Notes: generated by a model not told the origin, from the letters alone. A stretch of DNA of 64,000 bases from Dehalococcoidia bacterium (GCA_965262725.1 OZ253555.1:3200001-3264000), one strand, 5' to 3'. Counted from the first letter of the stretch, positions 48,945 through 58,619 are shown. Numbers and translations: made by a program.

Positions 48945-49760
48945 CTAGCGCTCCCTGCTGAGGAAGTCGGCGATCAGCTCGCTCGCGCGCTCCGGCTGCT
49001 CGATGACGAGGTAGTGGCCGCAGCTCTCTAGCACGTGCGTCTCACAGTGCGGCAGCTGCTCGGCCACGTGCGCCATCCCGATGCCGCTCGGCGCCGGCCG
49101 GAACGGCGTCATGTTGTCCTCATCGCCCGCCAGCAGCAACGCGGGGGCGCGCACGTGCGCGACGAGCGGGCTCAGGTCGGTCTTCTCGATCGTCTCCGTA
49201 CCGGCGATGAAGGCCTCGGGGGTCGTCTTGCTGAAAGCGTCGCGCATCGATTGGAGCTGCGCCTCCGCGTGGTCGAGCTCGTAGAAGCCGCGGGCGAAGC
49301 CCGCCACCGACGTGAGATCCGCGACCGCCTCCATGCCGCTGTCGCGGGCGGTCAGCTTCCACGTGCCGCGCATCATCCGCGCCGCGCGGTCATAGCGGGC
49401 GAGGAAGCAGGAGAGCACCAGCCGGTCGAGCACCTCCGGGTGCCGGGCGGCGAGGGTCAGCCCGATCATCGCGCCGAACGAGGTCCCGTGGACGTGGACG
49501 CGCTCGTAGCCGGCGGCGCGGATGAACTCAAAGACCTGCTCGGCGAGCCCCTCCATCCCGCCGGGCCGGGGATCGCCACGGCTCTCGCCGTATCCCGGGA
49601 GATCGAAGTCGATCACCGCGAAGTCCCTCGCCGCGAAGGGGGTCATGCGCTCGAAGTTGCGGTGTCCGAAGGCGGAGCCGTGGATCTGGACGAGCGGTGC
49701 GCCCGAGCCGGTGATCGTGTACCAGATGGTCTCGCCGCCCGGCAGCGAAACTGTGCTCAT
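48945..49760 (-). CDS. Alpha/beta hydrolase
   Basis: IHG, DLPGYGES, GTSFG, GDED, CGHYLVIEQP. Confidence 0.9.
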   Translation of the reverse strand: MSTVSLPGGETIWYTITGSGAPLVQIHGSAFGHRNFERMTPFAARDFAVIDFDLPGYGESRGDPRPGGMEGLAEQVFEFIRAAGYERVHVHGTSFGAMIGLTLAARHPEVLDRLVLSCFLARYDRAARMMRGTWKLTARDSGMEAVADLTSVAGFARGFYELDHAEAQLQSMRDAFSKTTPEAFIAGTETIEKTDLSPLVAHVRAPALLLAGDEDNMTPFRPAPSGIGMAHVAEQLPHCETHVLESCGHYLVIEQPERASELIADFLSRER

Positions 49761-49784
49761 CGCGCGCTCCTCCCCCCGGTCCGC

Positions 49785-51149
49785 CTACGCCAGCGTGGCG
49801 AGCGACATCAGCGTGTGGATGTCGTCGGCCTGATCGAGGCCCCACGTCGCGTCGAGGATAGCGTCGGCGCGCCCCGGCGCGAGGAGGTCACCCGAGGATG
49901 TGCGGAAGAGCCCGGAGAGCTGATCGTCCGTCAGCCGGCGGCCCGGGCTCCCCAGGAAGGCGTCGACCGAGGCCGACTCCGTGGAGCCGTCGGTGAACTC
50001 GACGGTGAGAGAGCAGCCGTCGAAGCTCTCCCGCCCCGGGTCGGGCACGAGCTCCGATCTCTCGCGCAGGGCGAGGATAGCGGGGTCGGTGTAGGCGGGC
50101 TCCTGCATCTCCGCGAGCGTGAAGTGCCCGCGTACCCAGGCCGCCGCCGCGCAGAACAGCAGGTCGAAGCGTGCCGTCAGCTCGGTAGACGGCACGCCGA
50201 AGCGCTCCCAGCGCTCGTCGACGATCTCCTTCACGATAGGCTGGACGCCGAAGCGCATGCGTGCCACCTCGCGGCCGTCGGCGCGACCGCGGAGTTCGAG
50301 CGCGCACTCAACGGCCGGGTGGGTGATCGTCTCGGTCGGCACGGTCTTGTAGCTCTGCCCGTGTATACGCCACGTCGAGCCGAGGGAGTCCAGGACGCCA
50401 TCGATCTTCGCGGCGTCCTCGTCGGTGTGCGTAACGAACATCCCCTTCTCCCCCTCGAACGCCGTCGGGGGAGCGTCGAAGCCGCGTTCGGCGAGTGAGA
50501 AGGCGGTGAGCCCGGAACGGGCGGTCGCCCCGGTGATGTAGGAGAGCGTCATGCTCCCGACGGAGACGTAGAGGCCAAAGGCCGTGCACATCGCGATCCC
50601 GAGCGCGTTGCTCATCCGCTCCCCGTCGAGCCCGGCGAGGATGGAGCAGGCGGCAGCCGCGCCGACGCCCCCGGTCAGCCCTGCCGGCACGTAGCCGCGG
50701 TAATAGCCAGTCGGCATCAGCATCGTCGCGACGGCGAGCTCCACTTCCATGCCGAGGGTGAGAGCCGTGAGCACCTCGGCTCCGCTCTGCCCGCCCACCT
50801 CGGCCTGCGCGAGGAGCGCCGGGAGCACGGCCGACGTCGCGTGCATGAAGCAGGGGATGTACGTGTCGTGGAAGTCCAGCACCTCGAAGAGGGCGCCGTT
50901 GACGACCGCAGCGCGCTCCGGGTCGGTCCGCGTGCCGTACCAGAGCACGTGCGCCCCGGCGGAGACCGGGCCCGGAGGCTGGGCCCACGCGTGGAGCATC
51001 CGGACGGCCTCGCGATCGGTGGCGCCGACCGAGGCCTTGAGCTGGTTCAGCAGCAGTCGCTTCGCCTCGTGCGTCGCCTCCTCGGGGGCACCCCGCGCCG
51101 ACCACTCGCGGGCGAAACTCACGAGGCGCTCGGAGACGTTGGAACTCAT
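49785..51149 (-). CDS. MmgE/PrpD family protein
   Basis: AKRLLLN, VNG..EVLDFHDT, HATSAVLPA, GFDAP..AFEGEKG, YKTVP..THP, GSPGRRL. Confidence 0.88.
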   Translation of the reverse strand: MSSNVSERLVSFAREWSARGAPEEATHEAKRLLLNQLKASVGATDREAVRMLHAWAQPPGPVSAGAHVLWYGTRTDPERAAVVNGALFEVLDFHDTYIPCFMHATSAVLPALLAQAEVGGQSGAEVLTALTLGMEVELAVATMLMPTGYYRGYVPAGLTGGVGAAAACSILAGLDGERMSNALGIAMCTAFGLYVSVGSMTLSYITGATARSGLTAFSLAERGFDAPPTAFEGEKGMFVTHTDEDAAKIDGVLDSLGSTWRIHGQSYKTVPTETITHPAVECALELRGRADGREVARMRFGVQPIVKEIVDERWERFGVPSTELTARFDLLFCAAAAWVRGHFTLAEMQEPAYTDPAILALRERSELVPDPGRESFDGCSLTVEFTDGSTESASVDAFLGSPGRRLTDDQLSGLFRTSSGDLLAPGRADAILDATWGLDQADDIHTLMSLATLA

Positions 51150-52075
51150 TCGGTCGGCACCTCCACCGGCCCGCCGGCGGTGACGGGTCCGTTCATCCAC
51201 TCGAGGAGCGAGGGCTCCCGCTGGTTGTCGGCGCCGAGCGCCGTGATCGCCTCGTAGGCGGGATAGCCGCGAAGCCCGACGAGCGTGGGACGGCCGCCGT
51301 AGTTGCTCGTGTAAACGACGCGGACGGGGTAGCTGTGCAGGGCGTGCACGTGGGCAGCGAGACCGCACTCCCGGGCGGCGGACGAGAGCTCAGCCGCCAC
51401 CTCGTCGGAGGCGAGCACAATGTCGATCCACGCTTGGTACTGGCGCTCCGGCGGGTGCGTCTTGATCGGATAGCCGGCGCGACGCTCCGCCTCCATGTCC
51501 GGCACTTCGAAGAGGTTGAGGCGCAGCCGGAGCACGCCCGCGACCCTCGCCCAGCGCGCCCCGAGGTCGCTCAAGCACTCGCGGAAGGAGGGCTCGTCGG
51601 ATCGGGCGCGCGCGAAGATCCCGTAGCTCGGCGACGACACGGGGCCCTGCGGCGTCGCGATCCCGGTCTCGTCGATGTACGTGTGCGCGTTGTCGCCGAC
51701 CGCGCGGTAGGTCGTGCTCTCGTCGACGATCAGCTCGATGTCGCCGAAGAGGTGGCCCTTCACCTCGGCGCTCGGCGCCGCGTCCCACGCCGCCAGCGCG
51801 GCGTCGTCGAGGTAGCGCACGTCGGAGAGCCACATCAGCTGCTGGTGGTCCGGGCAGGAGAACTCAATGCCCCCGATCGGCTCGAGCAGGTCCCCGCGGA
51901 CCGGATCGAACTGGCTGTGGCGATAGTCCCAGACGCCGGGACGCCTGGCGATCACCGGGCTGTGGACATCGCGCCAGTAGCGGCGTACCCAGTCGAGCGG
52001 CAGCTCGATCTTCTTCCAGCCGCAGGTAATACGGGCCAGCCGCGCCCTGTTCTCGAATTCGGCGAGTGTGCTCAT
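51146..52075 (-). CDS. EthD-like (dimeric alpha/beta barrel) protein
   Basis: YWRDVHSPVIARRPG motif, YQAWIDI, GRPTLVGLRG. Confidence 0.65.
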   Translation of the reverse strand: MSTLAEFENRARLARITCGWKKIELPLDWVRRYWRDVHSPVIARRPGVWDYRHSQFDPVRGDLLEPIGGIEFSCPDHQQLMWLSDVRYLDDAALAAWDAAPSAEVKGHLFGDIELIVDESTTYRAVGDNAHTYIDETGIATPQGPVSSPSYGIFARARSDEPSFRECLSDLGARWARVAGVLRLRLNLFEVPDMEAERRAGYPIKTHPPERQYQAWIDIVLASDEVAAELSSAARECGLAAHVHALHSYPVRVVYTSNYGGRPTLVGLRGYPAYEAITALGADNQREPSLLEWMNGPVTAGGPVEVPTE

Positions 52076-52302
52076 GGTGCCTCCCCCGCCCGCACGCGGC
52101 GAGCTCCCTCCATACACGTCCCCCGGCCCCGCGGGCAGCGCGCACGCGCCGATGTCCGGCGCCGCGCCCCGAAGGGCCCCGGCCGAGTCTGCCCGATCTC
52201 GTCCTCTCGCGCAGGTAAGCTGCGCAGGGAGCTACCGGTTGCGTCGCGGCGGCGATATCGTGTCGACGCCCGCGACGCGGGGCGGGTCTCGAGGAGGCGC
52301 CG

Positions 52303-53157
52303 GTGAGCGAGCAACCGAACGATCCCGTCCGGCGCTCCACCGCGCTCGGCGGCCTCGAGATCTCTTACCTCGACTGGGGGGAGCCCTCGCCCGGCGCCCC
52401 GGCCCTCTTGCTCGTGCACGGGGCGATGGGCTGCGCGGCCGACTGGAGCCGCGTGGCGCCGGCGTTCGCCCGGGAGTACCGCGTCGTGGCGCCCGACCAG
52501 CGTGGCCACGGCGCCTCCACGCATCCGCCCGCTCCCGGCGGCTACGGCACGGAGGACTACCTTCGGGACCTCGAGGGGCTCGCGGACGCGCTCGGCATCG
52601 TGCGCTTCGGCGTCCTGGGACACGGGATGGGCGGGCACAACGCCATCGGCCTCGCCGCCCGCCGCCCCGGGCGCGTGCTCTGCGCCCTCGCCAACGACGT
52701 CGTGCCGGCCCCCGAGGCCGGCTCCGAGAGCTGGGACGAGCTCCTCCCGGGGCGCGCGCACCCGTCGTTCACGACGGTGGAGGACTACGTGACGTGGCGG
52801 CGGCGCCAGGTGCCCTTCGCGCCGGCGGAGCTACTCACGGGGGAGGCGGGCTGGCGACTCCGGCGCCTCCCAGGGGGCCTGCGCGCCGTCTCCGATGTGC
52901 GCGCCGCCTTCGACTGGAGGCCCGACGACCTCTGGGTGGAGGCGGCCGGGATCCGCTGCCCCATCCTCTACATTCGTGGCGGGCGCTCCCCCGACCTCGA
53001 CGCGGCGACGCAGCAACGCTTGGTGATGCAGACACCGAGCGCCCGCTCCGTCTCGCTCGAGCTCGCGGGCCACGCCACCTACCTCGACCGCGAGGAGGAG
53101 TTCATCGAGCTGGCCCATGCCTTCTTCGGCGCGCACATGCTCGCGGGCGCGGCCTAG
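52303..53157 (+). CDS. Alpha/beta hydrolase fold protein lacking the Ser nucleophile
   Basis: YLDWG, VHG, DQRGHGAS, GHGMGG, AGH. Confidence 0.85.
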   Translation: MSEQPNDPVRRSTALGGLEISYLDWGEPSPGAPALLLVHGAMGCAADWSRVAPAFAREYRVVAPDQRGHGASTHPPAPGGYGTEDYLRDLEGLADALGIVRFGVLGHGMGGHNAIGLAARRPGRVLCALANDVVPAPEAGSESWDELLPGRAHPSFTTVEDYVTWRRRQVPFAPAELLTGEAGWRLRRLPGGLRAVSDVRAAFDWRPDDLWVEAAGIRCPILYIRGGRSPDLDAATQQRLVMQTPSARSVSLELAGHATYLDREEEFIELAHAFFGAHMLAGAA

Positions 53158-53210
53158 ATAACGCACCCGCGACGCCCGGACCGGTGCCCCCGGCTGCCTG
53201 GCCGGGCGGC

Positions 53211-53447
53211 TCAGCCGGGGGAGAAGGCGACGAGCGACGTCGTGGACTGGATGCCCTCCATGGTCCGGATGCTGCCGGAGAGGATCGGCGGGATGTCGGT
53301 CAGGCTCTCGGTCTCCAGCTCCGCCACGACGTCGTAGGGGCCCATGACCTCGTGGACCTCGGCGATGTTCGGCAGGCCGCGGAGCGCCAGCGCCACGCGC
53401 CGGGTCGCACCCGGACTCGTCACGATGAGTACATAGGCCTTGATCAC
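53211..53447 (-). CDS. Stand-alone Lrp/AsnC ligand-binding (RAM) domain protein
   Basis: 78 aa: KAYVLI, VMGPYDVVAELE, IRTMEGIQSTTS; SD GGAGGGAGGAG; no HTH. Confidence 0.87.
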   Translation of the reverse strand: MIKAYVLIVTSPGATRRVALALRGLPNIAEVHEVMGPYDVVAELETESLTDIPPILSGSIRTMEGIQSTTSLVAFSPG

Positions 53448-53549
53448 GGTCTCCTCCCTCCAGTGATCCGTCCGAGGCGCCGGGACGGGCTCGTTGCTCT
53501 CGGCTCGCCTGGGCCCACGCACGGCGCGCGCGTGGGGGCTATGATAGGT

Positions 53550-53826
53550 GACGCACCTGCAGCACCGTCGGCCATGACGATTGAGCGTAGGCCGCTCGCA
53601 GGTCGATACTGGCGAGTCCGCAGCGTCGACGAGGGTGGCGCGAGCCGCTCGGCCTGCGGGAGAAATCCCGCGTCCATGGGGTCCGACGAGTGAGGCACCG
53701 GCTCGACTCCCGAGAACCGTCCGATGCGGAACGGCCGGACCCGCTCCAAGGGCCGTCGTGGTCCGCCGGCACCCGCTCGACCTCACACCCGGCTCACCCG
53801 ACCGCCAGCGAGGAGGGCGGTAGCGC
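53550..53826 (+). ncRNA. Candidate structured 5' leader RNA of korA (family unrecognised)
   Basis: TATGAT at 53540-53545, followed by a three-way junction, two GNRA-capped hairpins and a hairpin overlapping the SD. Confidence 0.35.
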
Positions 53827-55554
53827 ATGAGCACAGACCTGGTGGTGCGCTTCGCGGGTGAGGGCGGTCAGGGCGTCGTGACCGCCGCCGAGGGCTTGGC
53901 GCAGGCTGCGGCCCGCGTCGGCTACCACGTCCAGACCTTCTCAACCTTCCCGTCCCAGATTAAGGGCGGCCCGACGTGGGCCCAGACCCGCATCTCGACC
54001 AGCCCCGTGCTCGCGTCGGGCGATGAGCTCGACATCCTGGTCGTGCTGAACCGCTACGCCTACAACCACAACCTGGAGGAGTGCCGCGACGACGGCATCG
54101 TCGTCTACAACTCCGGCGATTTCGAGATCGACGACGGGAGCCGTTGCGTCGGCATGGAGGTCGACCGCCTCGCGCGCGAGACGGGCAACCCGCTCGCCGC
54201 CAACATGGTGATGATCGGGGCCGTCGCCGCGCTCGCCCGGATGCCGGCCGAGTACTTCACCGACTTCATCCGGGAGCGCTTCACCCGCGGCCGCGCGAAT
54301 GACGACGCCATCATCGAGGCGAACATCAAGGCACTCGACCTCGGCATGAGCGCGGTCGACTCAAGCGGCCTCACCGTCGCGGGGCTCGATCCGCCGCCGG
54401 CGACCGAGGGGACGCGCGTGCTAATGCGCGGCTACGAGGCCGCGAGCCTCGGCGCGATCGCCAGCGGCCTCGACGTCTTCGTCGGCTACCCGATCTCGCC
54501 GGCGACCACGATGCTCACCTTCATGGAGCGCTACCTCACCGGTCCCGGCAGCTACGTCGGGCAGTCAAGCTCCGAGATCGAGTCGATCACCGCCCTCATC
54601 GGGGCGGGCTTCGCCGGGAAGCGCGCGATGACGTCGACGGCCGGTCCCGGGCTCTCGCTGATGAGCGAGGGCCTCGGCCTCGCCTGGATGGCCGAGATCC
54701 CGCTCGTCGTCGTCAACGTACAGCGCGGCGGTCCCTCGACTGGCCTCCCGACCAAGACCGAGCAGTCGGACCTCCTCACCACGCTCAACCCGGGACACGG
54801 CGACCTCCGCATCCCGATCATCGCCCCGGGAAACGTCGAGGAGTGTTTTTACGGGGCGTCCCACGCGATCAACTGGGCGGAGCGCTACCAGGGGCCGGTC
54901 ATCCTGCTCTCCGAGGCGTCGGTCGCGGAGAGGCAACAGGACGTGCCGCGGCCGGCGCTCTCCTCGATCCGGCCGGAGGGTCGCGTCACAGTGAACGGAT
55001 CGGGCGCGATGGACGGCGACGGGCCGCCCCGCCGCTACCGGGGCGAGCAGCTCACGCCCTTCCCGGTGCCCGGCGGCCCCGGCGCCTACGTCGCGAACGG
55101 GAGCGAGCACGACGAGTACGGCGACACGACGCACCTCCCGAAGTGGCATCTCCAGATGACGCATCGCCGTTTCGGGAAGCTCGCGCTGCTCGAGGAGGAC
55201 TCCTACGAGTCCGAGGGCACAGAGGCGGGCGTGGCCCTCCTGCCGTGGGGCGGGTCGAAGGGGCCGGCCCGCGCCGCCTATCTCGCCCTGCGCGAGCGGG
55301 GCGACCTCGCGTGGTACTACACCATATTCCTCAACCCGCTTCCCCCGGCGCTGCTGGAGGAGCTGCGAGCGAAGGATCTGGTGATCGTCCCCGAGCTCAA
55401 CTATCTCGGCCAGTTCGCCGGGCTTCTGCGCCAGCAGGGCGTGCGGGCCGAGGCGATCACGCAGTACACCGGTCTCCCGTTCAAGGAACGCTTCCTCACC
55501 GAGCGGATCCGCGAGCGGCTGGAGGCGCGGACAGGAGAGCTGGTCCGGGCATGA
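53827..55554 (+). CDS. korA: 2-oxoacid:ferredoxin oxidoreductase alpha subunit (gamma-alpha fusion)
   Basis: AGEGGQG, GYPISPAT, TSTAGPGLSLMSE, QRGGPSTGLPTKTEQSD, PELNYLGQ. Confidence 0.93.
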   Translation: MSTDLVVRFAGEGGQGVVTAAEGLAQAAARVGYHVQTFSTFPSQIKGGPTWAQTRISTSPVLASGDELDILVVLNRYAYNHNLEECRDDGIVVYNSGDFEIDDGSRCVGMEVDRLARETGNPLAANMVMIGAVAALARMPAEYFTDFIRERFTRGRANDDAIIEANIKALDLGMSAVDSSGLTVAGLDPPPATEGTRVLMRGYEAASLGAIASGLDVFVGYPISPATTMLTFMERYLTGPGSYVGQSSSEIESITALIGAGFAGKRAMTSTAGPGLSLMSEGLGLAWMAEIPLVVVNVQRGGPSTGLPTKTEQSDLLTTLNPGHGDLRIPIIAPGNVEECFYGASHAINWAERYQGPVILLSEASVAERQQDVPRPALSSIRPEGRVTVNGSGAMDGDGPPRRYRGEQLTPFPVPGGPGAYVANGSEHDEYGDTTHLPKWHLQMTHRRFGKLALLEEDSYESEGTEAGVALLPWGGSKGPARAAYLALRERGDLAWYYTIFLNPLPPALLEELRAKDLVIVPELNYLGQFAGLLRQQGVRAEAITQYTGLPFKERFLTERIRERLEARTGELVRA

Positions 55555-56426
55555 CGAAGCGCAACCCCGACTACGATTTCAAGTGGTGCCCCGGCTGCGG
55601 GGACTTCGGCGTCGTCCGCGCCGTCGAGTTCGCGCTCGCCGATCGCGTCACGCGGCTCGGCGAGCCGATCGAGAACACGGTGGTCGTCGCGGGCATCGGC
55701 TGCTCGGGGAACCTCGTGCACCTGCAGGAGGGCCCGCAGCCCTTCGGCATCCACGGCATCCACGGCCGCACCCTGCCGATCGCCTACGGCGTCAAGGCGG
55801 CCCGGCCCGATGTCAACGTGCTCGTCGCCGCCGGCGACGGCGACTTCCTCTCGATCGGCGCGGAACACATCGGCCCCGCCGCGAAGCGCAACATGGACGT
55901 CACCTGCGTCGTGATGGACAACGGCATCTACGGGCTCACGAAAGGCCAGGCCTCCCCCACGAGCGCCCTCGAGGTCGTGACCCCGACCACGCCGCTCGGC
56001 AAGCTCGATGACGCAATGAACCCCCTCGAACTCTTCCTCGCGATCGGTGTCAACTTCGTGGCCTCGATGCTGTCGACCCGGCCCCGGGATCTCGCCGCGA
56101 CGATCGGCGAGGCGATGGAGTACCCCGGCTTCGCCATCGTGCACGTGCAGTCCCCCTGCACCACCTACAACGACACCTATGCGGCGCTCAAGGGGAACCC
56201 GAAGGAGGGGATCGAGCCGGGCGCATACCCGCTGCCGGAGGAGCACGACCCGACGAACAAGCAGCAGGCGATGGCGCACGCCACGAGCGGCCGCATACCG
56301 GTCGGGCTGCTCTACCGCGCGCCCGAGAGCAGGCCCATGCACCAGCGGCTCACCGAGGCTAGGGAGCGCGCGGGCCAGACCGCGCCTCCCGACGTCGACG
56401 CGCTCCTCTCCTCCCTCGAGATCTAG
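55551..56426 (+). CDS. korB: 2-oxoacid:ferredoxin oxidoreductase beta subunit
   Basis: WCPGCGDFG, GIGCSG, HGR, GDGD, DNGIYGLTKGQASPT, SPCTTYN. Confidence 0.94.
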   Translation: MTKRNPDYDFKWCPGCGDFGVVRAVEFALADRVTRLGEPIENTVVVAGIGCSGNLVHLQEGPQPFGIHGIHGRTLPIAYGVKAARPDVNVLVAAGDGDFLSIGAEHIGPAAKRNMDVTCVVMDNGIYGLTKGQASPTSALEVVTPTTPLGKLDDAMNPLELFLAIGVNFVASMLSTRPRDLAATIGEAMEYPGFAIVHVQSPCTTYNDTYAALKGNPKEGIEPGAYPLPEEHDPTNKQQAMAHATSGRIPVGLLYRAPESRPMHQRLTEARERAGQTAPPDVDALLSSLEI

Positions 56427-56456
56427 ACCCCGGGCGGAGCGGCGGCAGGCGGTCCC

Positions 56457-56969
56457 ATGTCCGACGATCGGGGCGCCGGTCCCAGCACGCACGAGGTCGA
56501 GGTGCGCGGCGTCCGGCTGCGCTTCGCCGCAGCCCACATGGCGACGATCGCAGGAGAACTCGAGCCGTTGCACGGCCACAACTACTCCGTGGGCTGCCGC
56601 GTCGGGGGCGACCTCACCGCCGATTCGTGGGTGATCGACTTCGCCGCGCTGAAGCGGCTCTGCCGGGAGGCGTGCGAGGAACTCGACCACCGCTTTCTCC
56701 TGCAGGCCCGCTCGCCGCTGCTCGACCTCCGCGAGGAGGAAGGCTCGTGGATCATCTCCCACGGCGAGCGGCTCTACCGCTTCCCGGCGGCGGAGGTCGC
56801 GGCGCTCCCGATCGAGAACACCACCGCGGAACTGATCGCACGCTGGATCTGGGAGCGAGTCTGCCGGGGTCTCCGGGGGGGCCTGCACGAGCAGATCCGC
56901 CGGCTCGAGATCGAGGTGGAGGAGATGCCGGGACAGTCCGCCACCTACGGGAGCGACCTCGCGCGATGA
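56457..56969 (+). CDS. queD: 6-pyruvoyl-tetrahydropterin synthase/QueD family protein
   Basis: FAAAH, LHGHNY, IDF, LDHRFL, NTTAE. Confidence 0.85.
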   Translation: MSDDRGAGPSTHEVEVRGVRLRFAAAHMATIAGELEPLHGHNYSVGCRVGGDLTADSWVIDFAALKRLCREACEELDHRFLLQARSPLLDLREEEGSWIISHGERLYRFPAAEVAALPIENTTAELIARWIWERVCRGLRGGLHEQIRRLEIEVEEMPGQSATYGSDLAR

Positions 56970-57041
56970 GCCGTCACCCGGACGCCCGGGTCCGGGGCGC
57001 CGTCCTTCCGGCATGGGGCGAACGACACCCGCCGGCAGCCG

Positions 57042-57069
57042 TTGACAGCGGGGGACGGCCGCCTAGGAT
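57042..57069 (+). promoter_or_regulatory. Sigma70-type promoter
   Basis: TTGACA (57042-57047), 16 bp spacer, TAGGAT (57064-57069); SD GGAGGGGG before ATG 57092. Confidence 0.65.
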
Positions 57070-57091
57070 CAGTAGCGGCGGGAGGGGGCTC

Positions 57092-57637
57092 ATGCAAATC
57101 AACTGGGAAGATGCCGTCAACAAGCTCTTCGAGCACCGCACGACGTGCCCGCGCTGCGGGAGCGACTACGACGCCCTCATCGTCGGATACTCGCGTAAGC
57201 CCTCCCTGAACCGCTTCGCGCCGCGCCACCACGACTGTCCGCGCGCCGACGAGTGCGACGCCCGCAAGCTCATCACGCTCTGCGCCGAGTGCGCGCGCGA
57301 GGAGCGCTTCCGCGGCAGCGAGGTCGACGCCGGACAGGTTCTCGAGAGCTACTTGCTCGACTGCCGCCGCGATCTGGAGGAGTCTCTCGACTATCTCGCC
57401 GAGTACTGGCGCGACGAATTCGATCTCGCGGAGGATGAGCTCGACCGCACGCTTGAGCAGGTCGACCTCGATGCCTTCCGCCAGGAGAACGAGTGGCGGC
57501 ACCGACACGAGGAAGAATACCTGCGCTACCACCACGAGTTCCGCGCCCGCTCGCGGCGCATCCCGCACCCTGGCTGGCGTTCTGAGTACGTCGAGGAGAT
57601 CCGCGCCCTCGGATACGACACGGTGCTCGGTGACTAG
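57092..57637 (+). CDS. Hypothetical Cys-rich (Zn-binding) protein with acidic helical C-terminus
   Basis: CPRC, HHDC..EC, CAEC; typical codon usage, promoter and SD. Confidence 0.8.
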   Translation: MQINWEDAVNKLFEHRTTCPRCGSDYDALIVGYSRKPSLNRFAPRHHDCPRADECDARKLITLCAECAREERFRGSEVDAGQVLESYLLDCRRDLEESLDYLAEYWRDEFDLAEDELDRTLEQVDLDAFRQENEWRHRHEEEYLRYHHEFRARSRRIPHPGWRSEYVEEIRALGYDTVLGD

Positions 57638-57670
57638 CGCCGCGGCCGGCGACCCGGGCCCGCTCGCACC

Positions 57671-57928
57671 GTGAGCAACCGGAGCCAGCTCGCGCTCGTC
57701 ATCTCCTCGGCGCTCGCCGGCTTCGCCTGGGGGATGGTGCGCCACCGCGGCCACCCGCAGGCCCGGCCGCTCGCCCTGCTGCAGGCGGTGGAGTGGTTCG
57801 TCGCGGCGGGGGGTGCGGCCTGGCTGATCGAGCACGCCCGGAAGACGCTCGAGGGCGCGAGCGGCCCGGAGGAGCGCATCACCCACCTCCGGCAGGTCGC
57901 CAGCGAGCACGACGAGATCGGAGCCTGA
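57671..57928 (+). CDS. Small hypothetical membrane protein
   Basis: Two hydrophobic segments; fills the gap between same-strand genes. Confidence 0.6.
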   Translation: MSNRSQLALVISSALAGFAWGMVRHRGHPQARPLALLQAVEWFVAAGGAAWLIEHARKTLEGASGPEERITHLRQVASEHDEIGA

Positions 57929-58022
57929 GGTGCGCCCGTGCGTGCCTGGGCTCGAGGCTCCGCCCCCTTCGGCCGGGGCGCACCGCAGCGGGGCGCTGGC
58001 GCGCCCGAGAGGGTAGTCCTCG

Positions 58023-58526
58023 ATGGCGGTGGTGCTGGTCCTCTACGACAGCCGCGGCGGCCTGGTCGAGGAACTGGCGCAGGGCGTTGCCAGCGGCGTG
58101 CGCGACGCGCCCGGCGCCGATCTCATGCTCCGGCGCATCGACGAGGCCGATCCCCGCGACCTGCTGCTCTGCGATGCCCTGATCGTCGGATCCCCGAACT
58201 GGTCGGGCATCACCGGAAAGCTCAAGACCTGGTTCGACGAGACGGGTGACCTCTGGGAGAGCGGCGATCTGGCGGGGAAGCCGGCCGGCGCGTTCACCGG
58301 CGGCTGGTCGCGCTCAGGAGGCACCGAGGCAACCCTGCTCCAGCTCGTGCACCTGCTGATGGCGCACGGCATGCTGATGGTCGGACTGCCGTGGACCGAT
58401 CGCATGCGCACCACGGGCTCCTACTACGGGGCGACCGCCCACGGCCACGTCACGCCCGGGGACATCGCCCAGGCCCACACGCTCGGCAGCCGGGTCGCCG
58501 ATCTCGCCGTGCGCCTCGCGCGCTGA
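58023..58526 (+). CDS. WrbA-like flavodoxin-fold NAD(P)H oxidoreductase
   Basis: VLYDSRGG, GSPNWSG, LAGKPAGAF, GGTEATL, HGMLMVG, YGA. Confidence 0.87.
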   Translation: MAVVLVLYDSRGGLVEELAQGVASGVRDAPGADLMLRRIDEADPRDLLLCDALIVGSPNWSGITGKLKTWFDETGDLWESGDLAGKPAGAFTGGWSRSGGTEATLLQLVHLLMAHGMLMVGLPWTDRMRTTGSYYGATAHGHVTPGDIAQAHTLGSRVADLAVRLAR

Positions 58527-58619
58527 GGGAACCGCCGAGCCCGCCTGGTCCCGTCCATCCCGCCCGCCGCGCGCCCCCGCCGACTCGCGGCCGCGGGCAC
58601 CCGCTGCTAGGGTCCGGCC

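Noticed and set aside
53630-53650. AGGGTGGC resembling a T-box sequence
   Set aside because: Lacks the following ACCGCG and any terminator or specifier stem; downstream gene is not typical of T-box control
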